Source: Prochlorococcus sp. AG-679-M23 (GTDB lineage Bacteria > Cyanobacteriota > Cyanobacteriia > PCC-6307 > Cyanobiaceae). Taken from it: 64,000 bases of DNA. A model generated the notes under the pieces. It ran no database searches and had not been told where the DNA came from. It saw only the letters and a list, made by a program, of their open reading frames with translations. How positions within the stretch are numbered: the first letter of the stretch is position 1; each line of letters starts with the position of its first letter. Of the stretch, positions 1-8,250 are shown piece after piece. The stretch spans positions 1 to 64,000 of the forward strand of contig QCUR01000007.1 of assembly GCA_003208875.1 (NCBI GenBank), read 5' to 3'. Position numbers and translations under genes: made by a program.

Positions 1-151
1 AAGAAATCCTTTTAATATCTTTTTTGTTTTTTGTTGGGAACAGATCTACCCATCTTTTGTCATTTTTACCTCCGTAGGCCTTTACTTGATAATGACGATT
101 CCCTTCGATTGTTTTTGGTGCTGTCCAGCAATTTGTGGGAGGCCATTTCAT
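1..151 (-). CDS. Trp-rich conserved hypothetical protein (TIGR02450-like), 3' end truncated by window edge
   Basis: Manual translation MKWPPTNCWTAPKTIEGNRHYQVKAYGGKNDKRWVDLFP...; the WTA...G.RH..V pattern is typical of this family. Confidence 0.6.
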   Translation of the reverse strand, partial: MKWPPTNCWTAPKTIEGNRHYQVKAYGGKNDKRWVDLFPTKNKKDIKRIS

Positions 152-179
152 ATATTATTTTTTAATAAAAAAAAGAATT

Positions 180-266
180 TTATAACGTGCTATTGCCTGT
201 TAAAACTAAACCATAGTATGCAATAGTTCCAAGAATCAAAACTATACCCAATACTCGAATAATCAT
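180..266 (-). CDS. putative 28-aa single-TM small protein
   Basis: Manual ORF MIIRVLGIVLILGTIAYYGLVLTGNSTL*, same strand as neighbours. Confidence 0.45.
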   Translation of the reverse strand: MIIRVLGIVLILGTIAYYGLVLTGNSTL

Positions 267-366
267 TTTTTAATAATATTTAATTTTGAATAATATTAAA
301 AATAAATCAATGAGTAAAATAATTGTATTATTTTTTAATCTTATGAATTGTTAAAAAATTATTTTC

Positions 367-585
367 TCATTTCTCATTCTTTTTGTGATTTCTAGCCAAT
401 GAGTGACATGATTCTGGATGCCACTCATGTTGGATTCTTGCAATGAAATCATAAATAAAAGAATCAGGACATTCCGTTATTTCTTGAAGCTCAGAAAGTT
501 CCTCTTTAATAAATTCATAAACACTTGAAACTATTCCAATATTTTGTTCATGAGTAGGTTCCCAATTTTCAAATTTCTTTTTCAT
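367..585 (-). CDS. conserved hypothetical protein
   Basis: 72-aa ORF in a co-oriented run of small genes. Confidence 0.7.
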   Translation of the reverse strand: MKKKFENWEPTHEQNIGIVSSVYEFIKEELSELQEITECPDSFIYDFIARIQHEWHPESCHSLARNHKKNEK

Positions 586-604
586 GTATGGTTTTTTCTA
601 TTTT

Positions 605-787
605 CTAATCTTCTACAATATCGTAATAAATAATATCTCCATAATCAGCATCCGAACAACATATATCTCCATATATTTCATCTAATAAATCATAAGCATC
701 AGCAAAGTTTGAAAAAGTTTGGGATGTGACATCATCTTCTTTTCCATCAATTCTTACAATTTTATAATTCATGAAAAAATCTCTCAA
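605..787 (-). CDS. small acidic hypothetical protein (CCSDAD motif); start may be ATG 772
   Basis: 60-aa ORF, protein-like composition. Confidence 0.65.
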   Translation of the reverse strand: MRDFFMNYKIVRIDGKEDDVTSQTFSNFADAYDLLDEIYGDICCSDADYGDIIYYDIVED

Positions 788-820
788 ACTAATTTAAATT
801 TACTATGCAGCTTAAATTTT

Positions 821-1024
821 TTATTTAAGAGCTTTAGGGTATAGCTTCCGAATCTTGTCTTTTTGTTTTTCTAATTTCTTTTTCTTATAATTTTCTGACA
901 AAATTTTTCTAATTACTAATTGTGGGATTAGCCATATCAATGCTATAGCGAAAGCCATAAAAACAGGATTTCTCCAGGTAAGTCTAATTATTTCTTGAGT
1001 AAATTCTTGATTTAAGATCTCCAT
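821..1024 (-). CDS. small membrane protein
   Basis: 67 aa, one TM segment plus basic tail. Confidence 0.7.
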   Translation of the reverse strand: MEILNQEFTQEIIRLTWRNPVFMAFAIALIWLIPQLVIRKILSENYKKKKLEKQKDKIRKLYPKALK

Positions 1025-1027
1025 GAA

Positions 1028-1291
1028 TTAATCTTCTGAAAGTAATTCATTGTTGGGAAATTTATCTTTAATTTTTAAAAGATATTCTTGTAAATTTTCT
1101 TTATTATCGGAACACATTTTTTCTAATGACCTTTCCATAAATTGGTTTAAACCTTTACCCTCCAATCCTAAAGACTTAGTTCCGGATGCATACATCATTA
1201 CTAATAATACTTTTGCTTCGTTCTCAGTCATCCAAGCATGCGATGCTATTAATCTATAAATTCTGTCTAATGGACTTTTGCTTTCTGACAT
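1028..1291 (-). CDS. conserved hypothetical protein
   Basis: 87-aa ATG ORF, 3 nt from the next gene. Confidence 0.7.
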   Translation of the reverse strand: MSESKSPLDRIYRLIASHAWMTENEAKVLLVMMYASGTKSLGLEGKGLNQFMERSLEKMCSDNKENLQEYLLKIKDKFPNNELLSED

Positions 1292-1396
1292 TATTGAATT
1301 ATAACTAAAATCATTTCCATTACACTAAAAGAATTAGTAATTAATTTTTTATGTTTATTGCTTCAGAAATTATAATATTTGAAATTATCTAAAAAT

Positions 1397-2062
1397 ATGT
1401 CTACTTACCTCATAACTGGCTCAAATAGAGGAATTGGAATGGAATTATGTAAACAAATTATTGAAAGAGGAGATGAGGTCATAGCTACCTGTAGAGAGGC
1501 TTCTTCAGATTTAAAAAACTTAGGTGTAAGAATTGAAGAAAATATCGATATTTCTTCAGAGGATTCTATCAATAATTTAAGGCAAGCATTATCAGGGGTC
1601 GAATTAGATTGTTTAATTCATAATGCAGGTATTTATGAATTTAATTCGATTGATAATTTTGATCATGAAAGTATTATTCGTCAATTTGTAGTAAATGCTT
1701 TAAGTCCTCTTTCTATGACTAGAGTACTGAAAGGTCTTTTAAAAAAGAATTCAAAGATTGGTTTCATCACGAGCAGAATGGGATCCATTGGTGATAATTC
1801 ATCCGGTAGTTCTTATGGTTATAGGATGTCTAAAGTGGCTTTATCCATGGCAGCGAAATCACTTTCAAGAGATTTGTTAAAAGAAGATATTTATGTTGCT
1901 ATTTTGCATCCAGGCTTAGTAAGTACTCGTATGACTGGATTTACAAAAAATGGTATATCTACAGAAGAATCCGCAAATGGACTCTTAAAACGTATCGACT
2001 CTCTTAATAAAAATAATACTGGGACATTTTGGCATACTAATGGAGAGATTTTGCCTTGGTAG
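1397..2062 (+). CDS. short-chain dehydrogenase/reductase (CsgA/C-factor-like SDR)
   Basis: TGSNRGIG Rossmann motif, HNAG, YRMSK catalytic YxxxK, HPG; ATG 1397 preferred over TTG 1379. Confidence 0.92.
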   Translation: MSTYLITGSNRGIGMELCKQIIERGDEVIATCREASSDLKNLGVRIEENIDISSEDSINNLRQALSGVELDCLIHNAGIYEFNSIDNFDHESIIRQFVVNALSPLSMTRVLKGLLKKNSKIGFITSRMGSIGDNSSGSSYGYRMSKVALSMAAKSLSRDLLKEDIYVAILHPGLVSTRMTGFTKNGISTEESANGLLKRIDSLNKNNTGTFWHTNGEILPW

Positions 2063-2181
2063 ATTTAACTTATTTACTTGAACTCTGGCTTATAAAAAAT
2101 GATTTGTTAAAAAAGCTTTAAATTTTAATATATTTAGTTTCTTTATTAAATCATCTTGGTTATGTTAAGGAAAATATTAGT

Positions 2182-2280
2182 AAAGGAGGTGATTCATTGT
2201 CGTATCTACCGAAAATTACGGTTACAAAAGAGACCGTGAAATCAGCATCTACAACCTGTTCATTGGTCTCTTATTCTTTA
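2182..2280 (+). other. structured element: long 16S-complementary sequence plus long hairpin (candidate sRNA or leader of a 40-aa ORF 2197-2319)
   Basis: AAAGGAGGTGATTCA 2182-2196; stem AAGAGACC 2228-2235 / GGTCTCTT 2265-2272 with further inner pairs and a T-rich tail. Confidence 0.4.
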
Positions 2281-2340
2281 ATAAAGAAAAAAGGTTTTAT
2301 TATTAATAGATTTATATAAAAACAACCTGAACAAATATTA

Positions 2341-2373
2341 AAAGCTCTGTTTCTCTTGAAGTGACAGGGCTTT
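2341..2373. terminator. probable bidirectional rho-independent terminator
   Basis: AAAGCTCTGT...ACAGGGCTTT inverted repeat with A/T flanks immediately past the stop of the minus-strand amidotransferase gene. Confidence 0.6.
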
Positions 2374-2374
2374 T

Positions 2375-3103
2375 TTATTTGATTAGTAAATTAAAAAGTT
2401 TATTAATTAATTCCTTTCTTTTTAAGATTGTTTTTTCTCCATACTTTTTATCCTCCTCCCTTAAAATTGACTGACCCTTTGGACCTAATCCTTTGGTTAT
2501 AAATAATTTATCCTCATTTATCCATCTTTCGGTCATTTCCTTATTTAACTCGACATGGAATTGTAAACCGTAAGCTAAATCCCCAATCTTAAAAAATTGC
2601 TCTTTACAACACATACTACTGGCAATGAGTTCGGCATTTTTTGGTAATAAAATTCTATCGCCATGCCAATGCAGGACATGAAAAGGAGTTTCACTAAATT
2701 TCTTTAAGTCATTATTTGATTGATTAAAAAAAACTTGAGACCATCCAATTTCTGGTAAAGGTTTAGGAGGAGATCCTTGTTTTAATATTTCGACATCTCC
2801 TCCTGCTGCGTTTGCTAATAACTGAGCACCTAAGCAAACTCCGAGAATACTTGTCTTTTTTTTTAATTCTGACTTTATAAAATCTCTTTCTTTTTTTAGC
2901 CATGGATATTTTGTGCTCCCAATATCTTTGACTCCCATTGGTCCACCCATTATTAAAAGTAAATCGTCTTTATTAGTTTTAGGTAGGCCATCACCTTGGT
3001 CCAGACGGATGATTTCTATATTCATCTCCCTCTCCTTAGCTATCTGATAAAAAAGCCCTGGTCCTTCGATTTCTAAATGTTGTAAAACTAATAGCTTTTT
3101 CAT
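2375..3103 (-). CDS. class I glutamine amidotransferase (GMP-synthase-like GATase1)
   Basis: MGGPMG, GVCLGAQL nucleophile elbow, HWHGD, GLQFHVE (Cys-His-Glu triad). Confidence 0.92.
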   Translation of the reverse strand: MKKLLVLQHLEIEGPGLFYQIAKEREMNIEIIRLDQGDGLPKTNKDDLLLIMGGPMGVKDIGSTKYPWLKKERDFIKSELKKKTSILGVCLGAQLLANAAGGDVEILKQGSPPKPLPEIGWSQVFFNQSNNDLKKFSETPFHVLHWHGDRILLPKNAELIASSMCCKEQFFKIGDLAYGLQFHVELNKEMTERWINEDKLFITKGLGPKGQSILREEDKKYGEKTILKRKELINKLFNLLIK

Positions 3104-3174
3104 TTGTAATTTTTAATCAGAAGTCAATTAACAAATTTTATTTATGACATAATTAAAAAATTAATTAATGCTGT

Positions 3175-3276
3175 TTATTTTGTTTTCCCAAAATATATCA
3201 AAGCTAAAAAAGATATTGTACTTACGATTGCTATTAAATACCAACCTGACGATGAGTTGCTAGAAATTTCTGACAT
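3175..3276 (-). CDS. putative 33-aa single-TM small protein
   Basis: Manual ORF MSEISSNSSSGWYLIAIVSTISFLALIYFGKTK*, follows upstream stop as TAATAAATG. Confidence 0.5.
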   Translation of the reverse strand: MSEISSNSSSGWYLIAIVSTISFLALIYFGKTK

Positions 3277-3279
3277 TTA

Positions 3280-3369
3280 TTATGGGGATTTTTCTGAAGA
3301 CTTTACTATTTGAGAAAAAATTATTAATGAGGCTAATAAAAATATCAAAAGTATATATGTGATGTTCAT
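3280..3369 (-). CDS. putative 29-aa single-TM small protein
   Basis: Manual ORF MNITYILLIFLLASLIIFSQIVKSSEKSP*, TAAATG junction with upstream gene. Confidence 0.5.
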   Translation of the reverse strand: MNITYILLIFLLASLIIFSQIVKSSEKSP

Positions 3370-3624
3370 TTATAGAAATATACTTACGATGAGAAAAATA
3401 ATTCCAATAACTACCGCAACGATTGCTCCGTCAACTAATAAGTCTTTCCATGTGTAACTATTGAGCATTTTTAATTTATCCTCCTCACTCATTAAATTCT
3501 TAAGCCATGTCCAGTCCAAAATTTGCGTTAAAGCTATAGCAAACACTAAATGCCCAACCAAAATACCAATTAGATCAATACGAGATATTTCTTTAGTAAA
3601 GCTTGTGATACTAAAAATTTCCAC
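3370..3624 (-). CDS. small two-TM membrane protein
   Basis: 84 aa, two hydrophobic segments; start overlaps upstream stop by 1 nt. Confidence 0.7.
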   Translation of the reverse strand: MEIFSITSFTKEISRIDLIGILVGHLVFAIALTQILDWTWLKNLMSEEDKLKMLNSYTWKDLLVDGAIVAVVIGIIFLIVSIFL

Positions 3625-3851
3625 TATTTTTTATCTTTATTAGAAAGAGCGCCGCCTTCCTCTTTATACTTGTCCCAAGCTTCACTTATTTTTGCTTTTG
3701 AAAAACTTTCTTTACTTTCTTTTAATTTGTTTTTTAACCCATTAAAACTATTCGAAAGCTCTTTTTTTGTTGGCTCATCAAGAAATTTTGAAGTTAATTT
3801 CCATAGATACCAGCTACTAGCAGCGAGTAAAATTAAACCTAATAATTGCAT
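3624..3851 (-). CDS. small membrane-anchored hypothetical protein
   Basis: 75 aa, N-terminal hydrophobic segment. Confidence 0.65.
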   Translation of the reverse strand: MQLLGLILLAASSWYLWKLTSKFLDEPTKKELSNSFNGLKNKLKESKESFSKAKISEAWDKYKEEGGALSNKDKK

Positions 3852-3950
3852 ATGATTAGTTTTTTATCATCCTACAACTATTTACATGGAAACGATATTC
3901 TCAAACTAAAAAAAATTAGAATTTATTTTTCAAATGATTTAAATTTTTCT

Positions 3951-4106
3951 TTAAAACTTTAACCAGTGAAAAAATATTCTTTCTAACAACCATATGGTTA
4001 ATCCACCTTCAATAAAAGCTAACCAATACATTCCATAATCTGAAAACCCCATCTGCTCTTTAACCGTACTTATTAACTTTTTATGAGCTTGAATGAGATC
4101 TTTCAT
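3951..4106 (-). CDS. putative 51-aa small membrane protein
   Basis: Manual ORF MKDLIQAHKKLISTVKEQMGFSDYGMYWLAFIEGGLTIWLLERIFFHWLKF*. Confidence 0.6.
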   Translation of the reverse strand: MKDLIQAHKKLISTVKEQMGFSDYGMYWLAFIEGGLTIWLLERIFFHWLKF

Positions 4107-4128
4107 TTCTAATTAATTATTTAAATAG

Positions 4129-4380
4129 TTAAAATCTTTGGATCTCTTCCATCAAAAAACCTTTTCCGTAACAGCAAAGACAAGTTTTGGCTTCGTCTAA
4201 TGAGATTCTTAAGTAACCTACACCATTGCATTTGATGCAATTAGTCTTGGTTTTAGAATAGATCTTGGAGTTGAGTTTAGCAGCTCTATTCAAAAAAGAA
4301 ACAGTTTCTTTGCGGCCATTTGCTTTATCTGCTTTGTTTAAAAGCTTTTTGTAATTTACTTTTAATTCTTTTATGGTCAT
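4129..4380 (-). CDS. small protein with DnaJ-type zinc-finger repeats
   Basis: CIKCNGVG...CLCCYGKG (two CxxCxGxG repeats). Confidence 0.75.
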   Translation of the reverse strand: MTIKELKVNYKKLLNKADKANGRKETVSFLNRAAKLNSKIYSKTKTNCIKCNGVGYLRISLDEAKTCLCCYGKGFLMEEIQRF

Positions 4381-4697
4381 GGGTTCAAAAGTGGATTGAT
4401 TACATTAGGGATTGATTGGATAGAAAATATTAAGTATTTTCTAGAAAAATTCACAATGAATATATATTTAATCTCAACATGAGATTTACTTAATATAACT
4501 ACTATTAATTACTACCGTTAGTGTTAAACCTTGATATTATTGGATTTAATAGAAAATTTATATTTTGAATTCTAAGGTTACTTAGATATCCATAAAAATA
4601 AATTTAATTTGGTTTGAATTTGCGAAAAGTTATTTTTAGACTTTATTTATTGAAAGATTATTAGTGGAATATCTTAAGTTTAAAAATAATAAAATTA

Positions 4698-4838
4698 TTA
4701 AGCAGCTCTATAAGAACCGCTTGGCCTTTTAAGACTTTTTAATAAGCGATCATTTTCTTCAGTAAGAATATCAAGATTTGATTTTTTAAAATCTTTTTGC
4801 ATCTCAGATGATTGTTTTTTAATTATTTTTTCAATCAT
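4698..4838 (-). CDS. putative 46-aa small protein ending YRAA
   Basis: Manual ORF MIEKIIKKQSSEMQKDFKKSNLDILTEENDRLLKSLKRPSGSYRAA*. Confidence 0.5.
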   Translation of the reverse strand: MIEKIIKKQSSEMQKDFKKSNLDILTEENDRLLKSLKRPSGSYRAA

Positions 4839-4964
4839 TGAATTTGAAAAATCTATTAAAGCAAATTTAATCTTATCGTTCCCAAAAAAATTCCGCGTGA
4901 CATTTTTTACAAAAAAACCTTATATTTTATTTCGCACATAGAAAAGTGAATTAAATCTACAACT

Positions 4965-5004
4965 TGTGGAAAAACCTGTTGAAAAATGGTTAAAAAGTGG
5001 ATAA
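4965..5004 (-). promoter_or_regulatory. cluster of co-oriented DnaA-box-like 9-mers
   Basis: Minus strand: TTTTCCACA (4965-4973), TTTTCAACA (4977-4985), TTATCCACT (4996-5004). Confidence 0.5.
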
Positions 5005-5371
5005 CTCACGGGGATCAAGATAAAAACAGGGTTTTTTGGCCTATTTTCTGAGTATTAATACTGCATCAATAAAATATTAAATGTAGTTTAATAATCAATA
5101 AAACTGACTGAAATAACAATGGGATCATTCCTTTTCTATAAAAAAGATATTTTTATAAATAAAATTTTTTGGTCGTAAATTAAATACTTTTTGATTTGCT
5201 ACATGTTTCAAAATGAAAATTTTCTTAAAGGAAAATTTTACAACTTTTATTTTTTTAAAAAATATTCATTAAAAGTTTGCAAAAAAAATCATGCTAATTC
5301 GGTTTTCTCTCTGGTTTAATTTTTCACATTCAAAATCAATCTAATAGATTAAGTCATATTCAAAAATAAAA

Positions 5372-5608
5372 ATGACAGAAGAAAAAACAGATTCTAAAAA
5401 ATGCGGTGGAAAGAAAAAAATCATGTTTGCTTATGGTTTTATTCAACTTGGTTCTAGTTTCGTATCTGCAGTCGCTTTATCTGCAATAGCTTTTGGATTT
5501 TGCTCTATTAAAAAGGAATCTAAAGTATTTAATAATTGTGTAACTGAAATTGTAGAAAATGGTAGTACTAATGCAGAGGCAGTCAGATACTGCAACGGCG
5601 GCAATTAA
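5372..5608 (+). CDS. small membrane protein with C-terminal C...CNGG motif
   Basis: 78 aa, TM segment then FNNCV...AVRYCNGGN. Confidence 0.75.
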   Translation: MTEEKTDSKKCGGKKKIMFAYGFIQLGSSFVSAVALSAIAFGFCSIKKESKVFNNCVTEIVENGSTNAEAVRYCNGGN

Positions 5609-5621
5609 TCAATTTAATTAA

Positions 5622-5864
5622 ATGAACTCTACTCATGGTTTTCTACTTGATGCCTTAAAAGAGGAACCAATAGGTGAGACATTTCATTTTGTTTGGTTTA
5701 TAACGGATATTGGTATTGCTGCTCTCTTTAAGGGAAATGAGATTCTTAAAACTTATAGTTTAAATGTTGAGAAAGAGGCAAAAAATTTAAGCCTTGATAT
5801 CAGTAAGGAAGAAAAGGAATATTGTGAAATTGAAGATAAAAAACTTTTTATCTTTTATTCCTGA
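5622..5864 (+). CDS. hypothetical protein
   Basis: 80-aa ATG ORF 13 nt downstream of the previous gene. Confidence 0.7.
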   Translation: MNSTHGFLLDALKEEPIGETFHFVWFITDIGIAALFKGNEILKTYSLNVEKEAKNLSLDISKEEKEYCEIEDKKLFIFYS

Positions 5865-5878
5865 AGTAATTAGTTAGA

Positions 5879-6073
5879 TCAATAGGATGGTTCTAAATTA
5901 TAAGCTGACTCCTTGACACTCTTTTCACTAATTATCTCAAATGTAAGTTCCTCATTTAAGGCATTAATGTAGGAAGTATAGAGTTTGCCCCAAACGAATT
6001 CAAACTCATCCTTACTAAGGTTTTTAAAAAGAATTTCTCCTTTAAAATAAATGTGATAAGAATCAAACATCAT
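5879..6073 (-). CDS. conserved hypothetical protein
   Basis: 64-aa ORF, YHIYFKGEILFKNL motif. Confidence 0.65.
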   Translation of the reverse strand: MMFDSYHIYFKGEILFKNLSKDEFEFVWGKLYTSYINALNEELTFEIISEKSVKESAYNLEPSY

Positions 6074-6169
6074 GGAAAATTTTTTCTAACCTTTTTTAAC
6101 GCAGTTAGATATGTCTGAAGTATTGATGGCTACTAAAAGAAAATTTAGAAAAAGCTCATAAATGCTTTT

Positions 6170-6481
6170 TTAATCAATTCGAGTATTCATTTTTTCCTTC
6201 TTAAATAAAGACACAGTTTCATCAAGATCTAAACAAGGTTGAATATTAATATCCATAAGTCTTCTCCATGGATGCCATTGTTTCCAAATTGTTTCTAAAG
6301 AATCTGCACTAACAACGGAATGACCAATGCCATTTTGGATCATAAAAATCCATGAATGAACTTCGTAGTTCTCAGGTCTATTTTGAGGCCCTCCCGATTC
6401 ATACCAATTAATAAGCATTTCTCCTCCTTCTTCTTGATCTTCACCGTCTGCAAATTCATAAGAAATTAAATATCTTTGCAT
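6170..6481 (-). CDS. DUF3303-like protein
   Basis: YLISYEF...W.ESGG...W..W..LMDINIQPC pattern resembles DUF3303. Confidence 0.7.
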   Translation of the reverse strand: MQRYLISYEFADGEDQEEGGEMLINWYESGGPQNRPENYEVHSWIFMIQNGIGHSVVSADSLETIWKQWHPWRRLMDINIQPCLDLDETVSLFKKEKMNTRID

Positions 6482-6765
6482 GTAACTTGAGATTTTTTAA
6501 TATTTTAACTTGATAATACAGTATTGCCTTTCAATTATTTGATTGCTAAAAATCTAAAAGAATCCAGTCTTATCGATGATCCTAAGAATTGAAAAAATCA
6601 AAAAGAATATTTTAAGTAATGTTTTATTTATAAATAAAACCATTTTTGAGTATTTTCAAAAACATGACCTTTTTGTCTGATTTGAAGCATGTAAAATTTT
6701 GACTTAAATTTTTTCTGACTAAGATCTATAATATTTAGAGAATTTACATAGTTGATAGAAAGTAC

Positions 6766-7149
6766 ATGAGTAGTAAGTCAAATAATTCTAATCCAACTGG
6801 AAATCTAGATTATGAGAAGATTCTTGAGGAGGAAATAATTAATTCATATGAAAATAAGTTTGAAGCTAATTCTGATATCAATAATAAAAACAAAATATTT
6901 TACAGACTTAAAAGAACGCCTCTTGAGGTAATAAATAGATTATTTTTCTTTTTCTTTATTGGAAGTTTTATCTTTTCATTCTTTTTAGCTTATACAGAAA
7001 ATAAAGTCTGGTTCATTATTTATTTAATTAGTGCATTCTCATGTATTTTCTATACTCCAAATAGAAAAGCCCTTAAGGAATTAATAGCAGCCTGGCCTAA
7101 CATTGAAGATCTAATTAAAGGAAGAAGCTTGTTTAAGAAAGGTAAGTAA
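6766..7149 (+). CDS. membrane hypothetical protein
   Basis: 127 aa, two TM segments, YTPNRKALKELIAAWP motif. Confidence 0.75.
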   Translation: MSSKSNNSNPTGNLDYEKILEEEIINSYENKFEANSDINNKNKIFYRLKRTPLEVINRLFFFFFIGSFIFSFFLAYTENKVWFIIYLISAFSCIFYTPNRKALKELIAAWPNIEDLIKGRSLFKKGK

Positions 7150-7152
7150 ATA

Positions 7153-7242
7153 ATGAATCTAATTAATTCTTTTAAAAAGTGGTTATTAAATATTCTTGTT
7201 CCTTATATTGAGGGATCTAAAAAGAAAAAGGAGAAAAAATAA
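7153..7242 (+). CDS. putative 29-aa small protein
   Basis: Manual ORF MNLINSFKKWLLNILVPYIEGSKKKKEKK*, starts 3 nt after upstream stop. Confidence 0.5.
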   Translation: MNLINSFKKWLLNILVPYIEGSKKKKEKK

Positions 7243-7244
7243 TA

Positions 7245-7382
7245 ATGAATGTGGTTGGTTTAGGAATAATAATTGAACTTTTTTTGTTAATTGGAGTAAT
7301 GTTTTGGATAAGAAAATTGAAAACTAATCAGAGTAGACAACCCTCCTTATCAAAAAAGATTATAAAAAACCTAAAGTTTTAA
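7245..7382 (+). CDS. putative 45-aa single-TM small protein
   Basis: Manual ORF MNVVGLGIIIELFLLIGVMFWIRKLKTNQSRQPSLSKKIIKNLKF*. Confidence 0.55.
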   Translation: MNVVGLGIIIELFLLIGVMFWIRKLKTNQSRQPSLSKKIIKNLKF

Positions 7383-7498
7383 AAAATTTTAAATAATAAT
7401 TTGTTTCAGAAAGATCAATTGGTTCAGGAAATTATTTTTCTTTTAGCTCTCACTTTGCATAAAAAATCAGTTAGAACATTGGAATAGTTTTTAATAAG

Positions 7499-7852
7499 AT
7501 GACTTTTACAGCACAAAGCCTTGCTCCTATAACAAACCCATTAAATAGTGTTTTAGTTGAAAAGAAACTAATAAATGTTGATCAGAAATTTATTCAACTC
7601 GTTTCTTTAGCTGAGGGTTTACCTAGAACTGAAGTCCTAGAAAGTGGTAAAAATTACTGGAGAGGTGTTTGCAGAAGTGCAATATTCAGATTTCCGGATG
7701 ATCTGGAGATTTTAAAACTCGATGCAAGGAGTTATGTTGATAGGTCCAAAGGGATAATTCAAATAAGATCAGCGGCAAGATTAGGTCAATCAGACTTAGG
7801 TGTTAATTTAAGAAGAGTAGAATATTTATTTAATCAATTAGAGAAATTTTAA
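7499..7852 (+). CDS. DUF1499 family protein
   Basis: S.IFRFPDDLE...IQIRSAARLGQSDLGVNLRRVE signature. Confidence 0.85.
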   Translation: MTFTAQSLAPITNPLNSVLVEKKLINVDQKFIQLVSLAEGLPRTEVLESGKNYWRGVCRSAIFRFPDDLEILKLDARSYVDRSKGIIQIRSAARLGQSDLGVNLRRVEYLFNQLEKF

Positions 7853-7937
7853 TTAGGTAATTAGTCTGATTTATATTTAGTTAAGGTTCTTTTTAATTTA
7901 TAGATGTGCTTTAATTCGAAAGAATATTTGAACAGCC

Positions 7938-8069
7938 ATGGTGAAAATAATTTTAGTTGCGATTATTGTCGCATTAGTATATTCACAACCTGATCTACGT
8001 TTGACTGTAGCCGATTGGTTGAAATCAGCTTCTGATTTTTTAATTGAGTCAGTAAAAGTAAAACAATAA
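7938..8069 (+). CDS. putative 43-aa small membrane protein
   Basis: Manual ORF MVKIILVAIIVALVYSQPDLRLTVADWLKSASDFLIESVKVKQ*. Confidence 0.55.
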   Translation: MVKIILVAIIVALVYSQPDLRLTVADWLKSASDFLIESVKVKQ

Positions 8070-8250
8070 AAAATTGTTTTGAGAGATTTAAATTACCCCT
8101 GAAACAGAAAGCATTTGTTTAATGCATATTGCGACAAAAATAAATATTAATATCCGGCTAAATATGTATTTCACAAAATTAATAAATTCTTTTAGCTACA
8201 TAATAGAAAAATATTGTGAAATTTTTGAATAGTTAACGATAATAGGAAAT

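Noticed and set aside
4900..5370. Calling the DnaA-box cluster the chromosomal origin (oriC)
   Set aside because: Only three good boxes and no dnaA/dnaN nearby; kept only as a candidate DnaA-binding site
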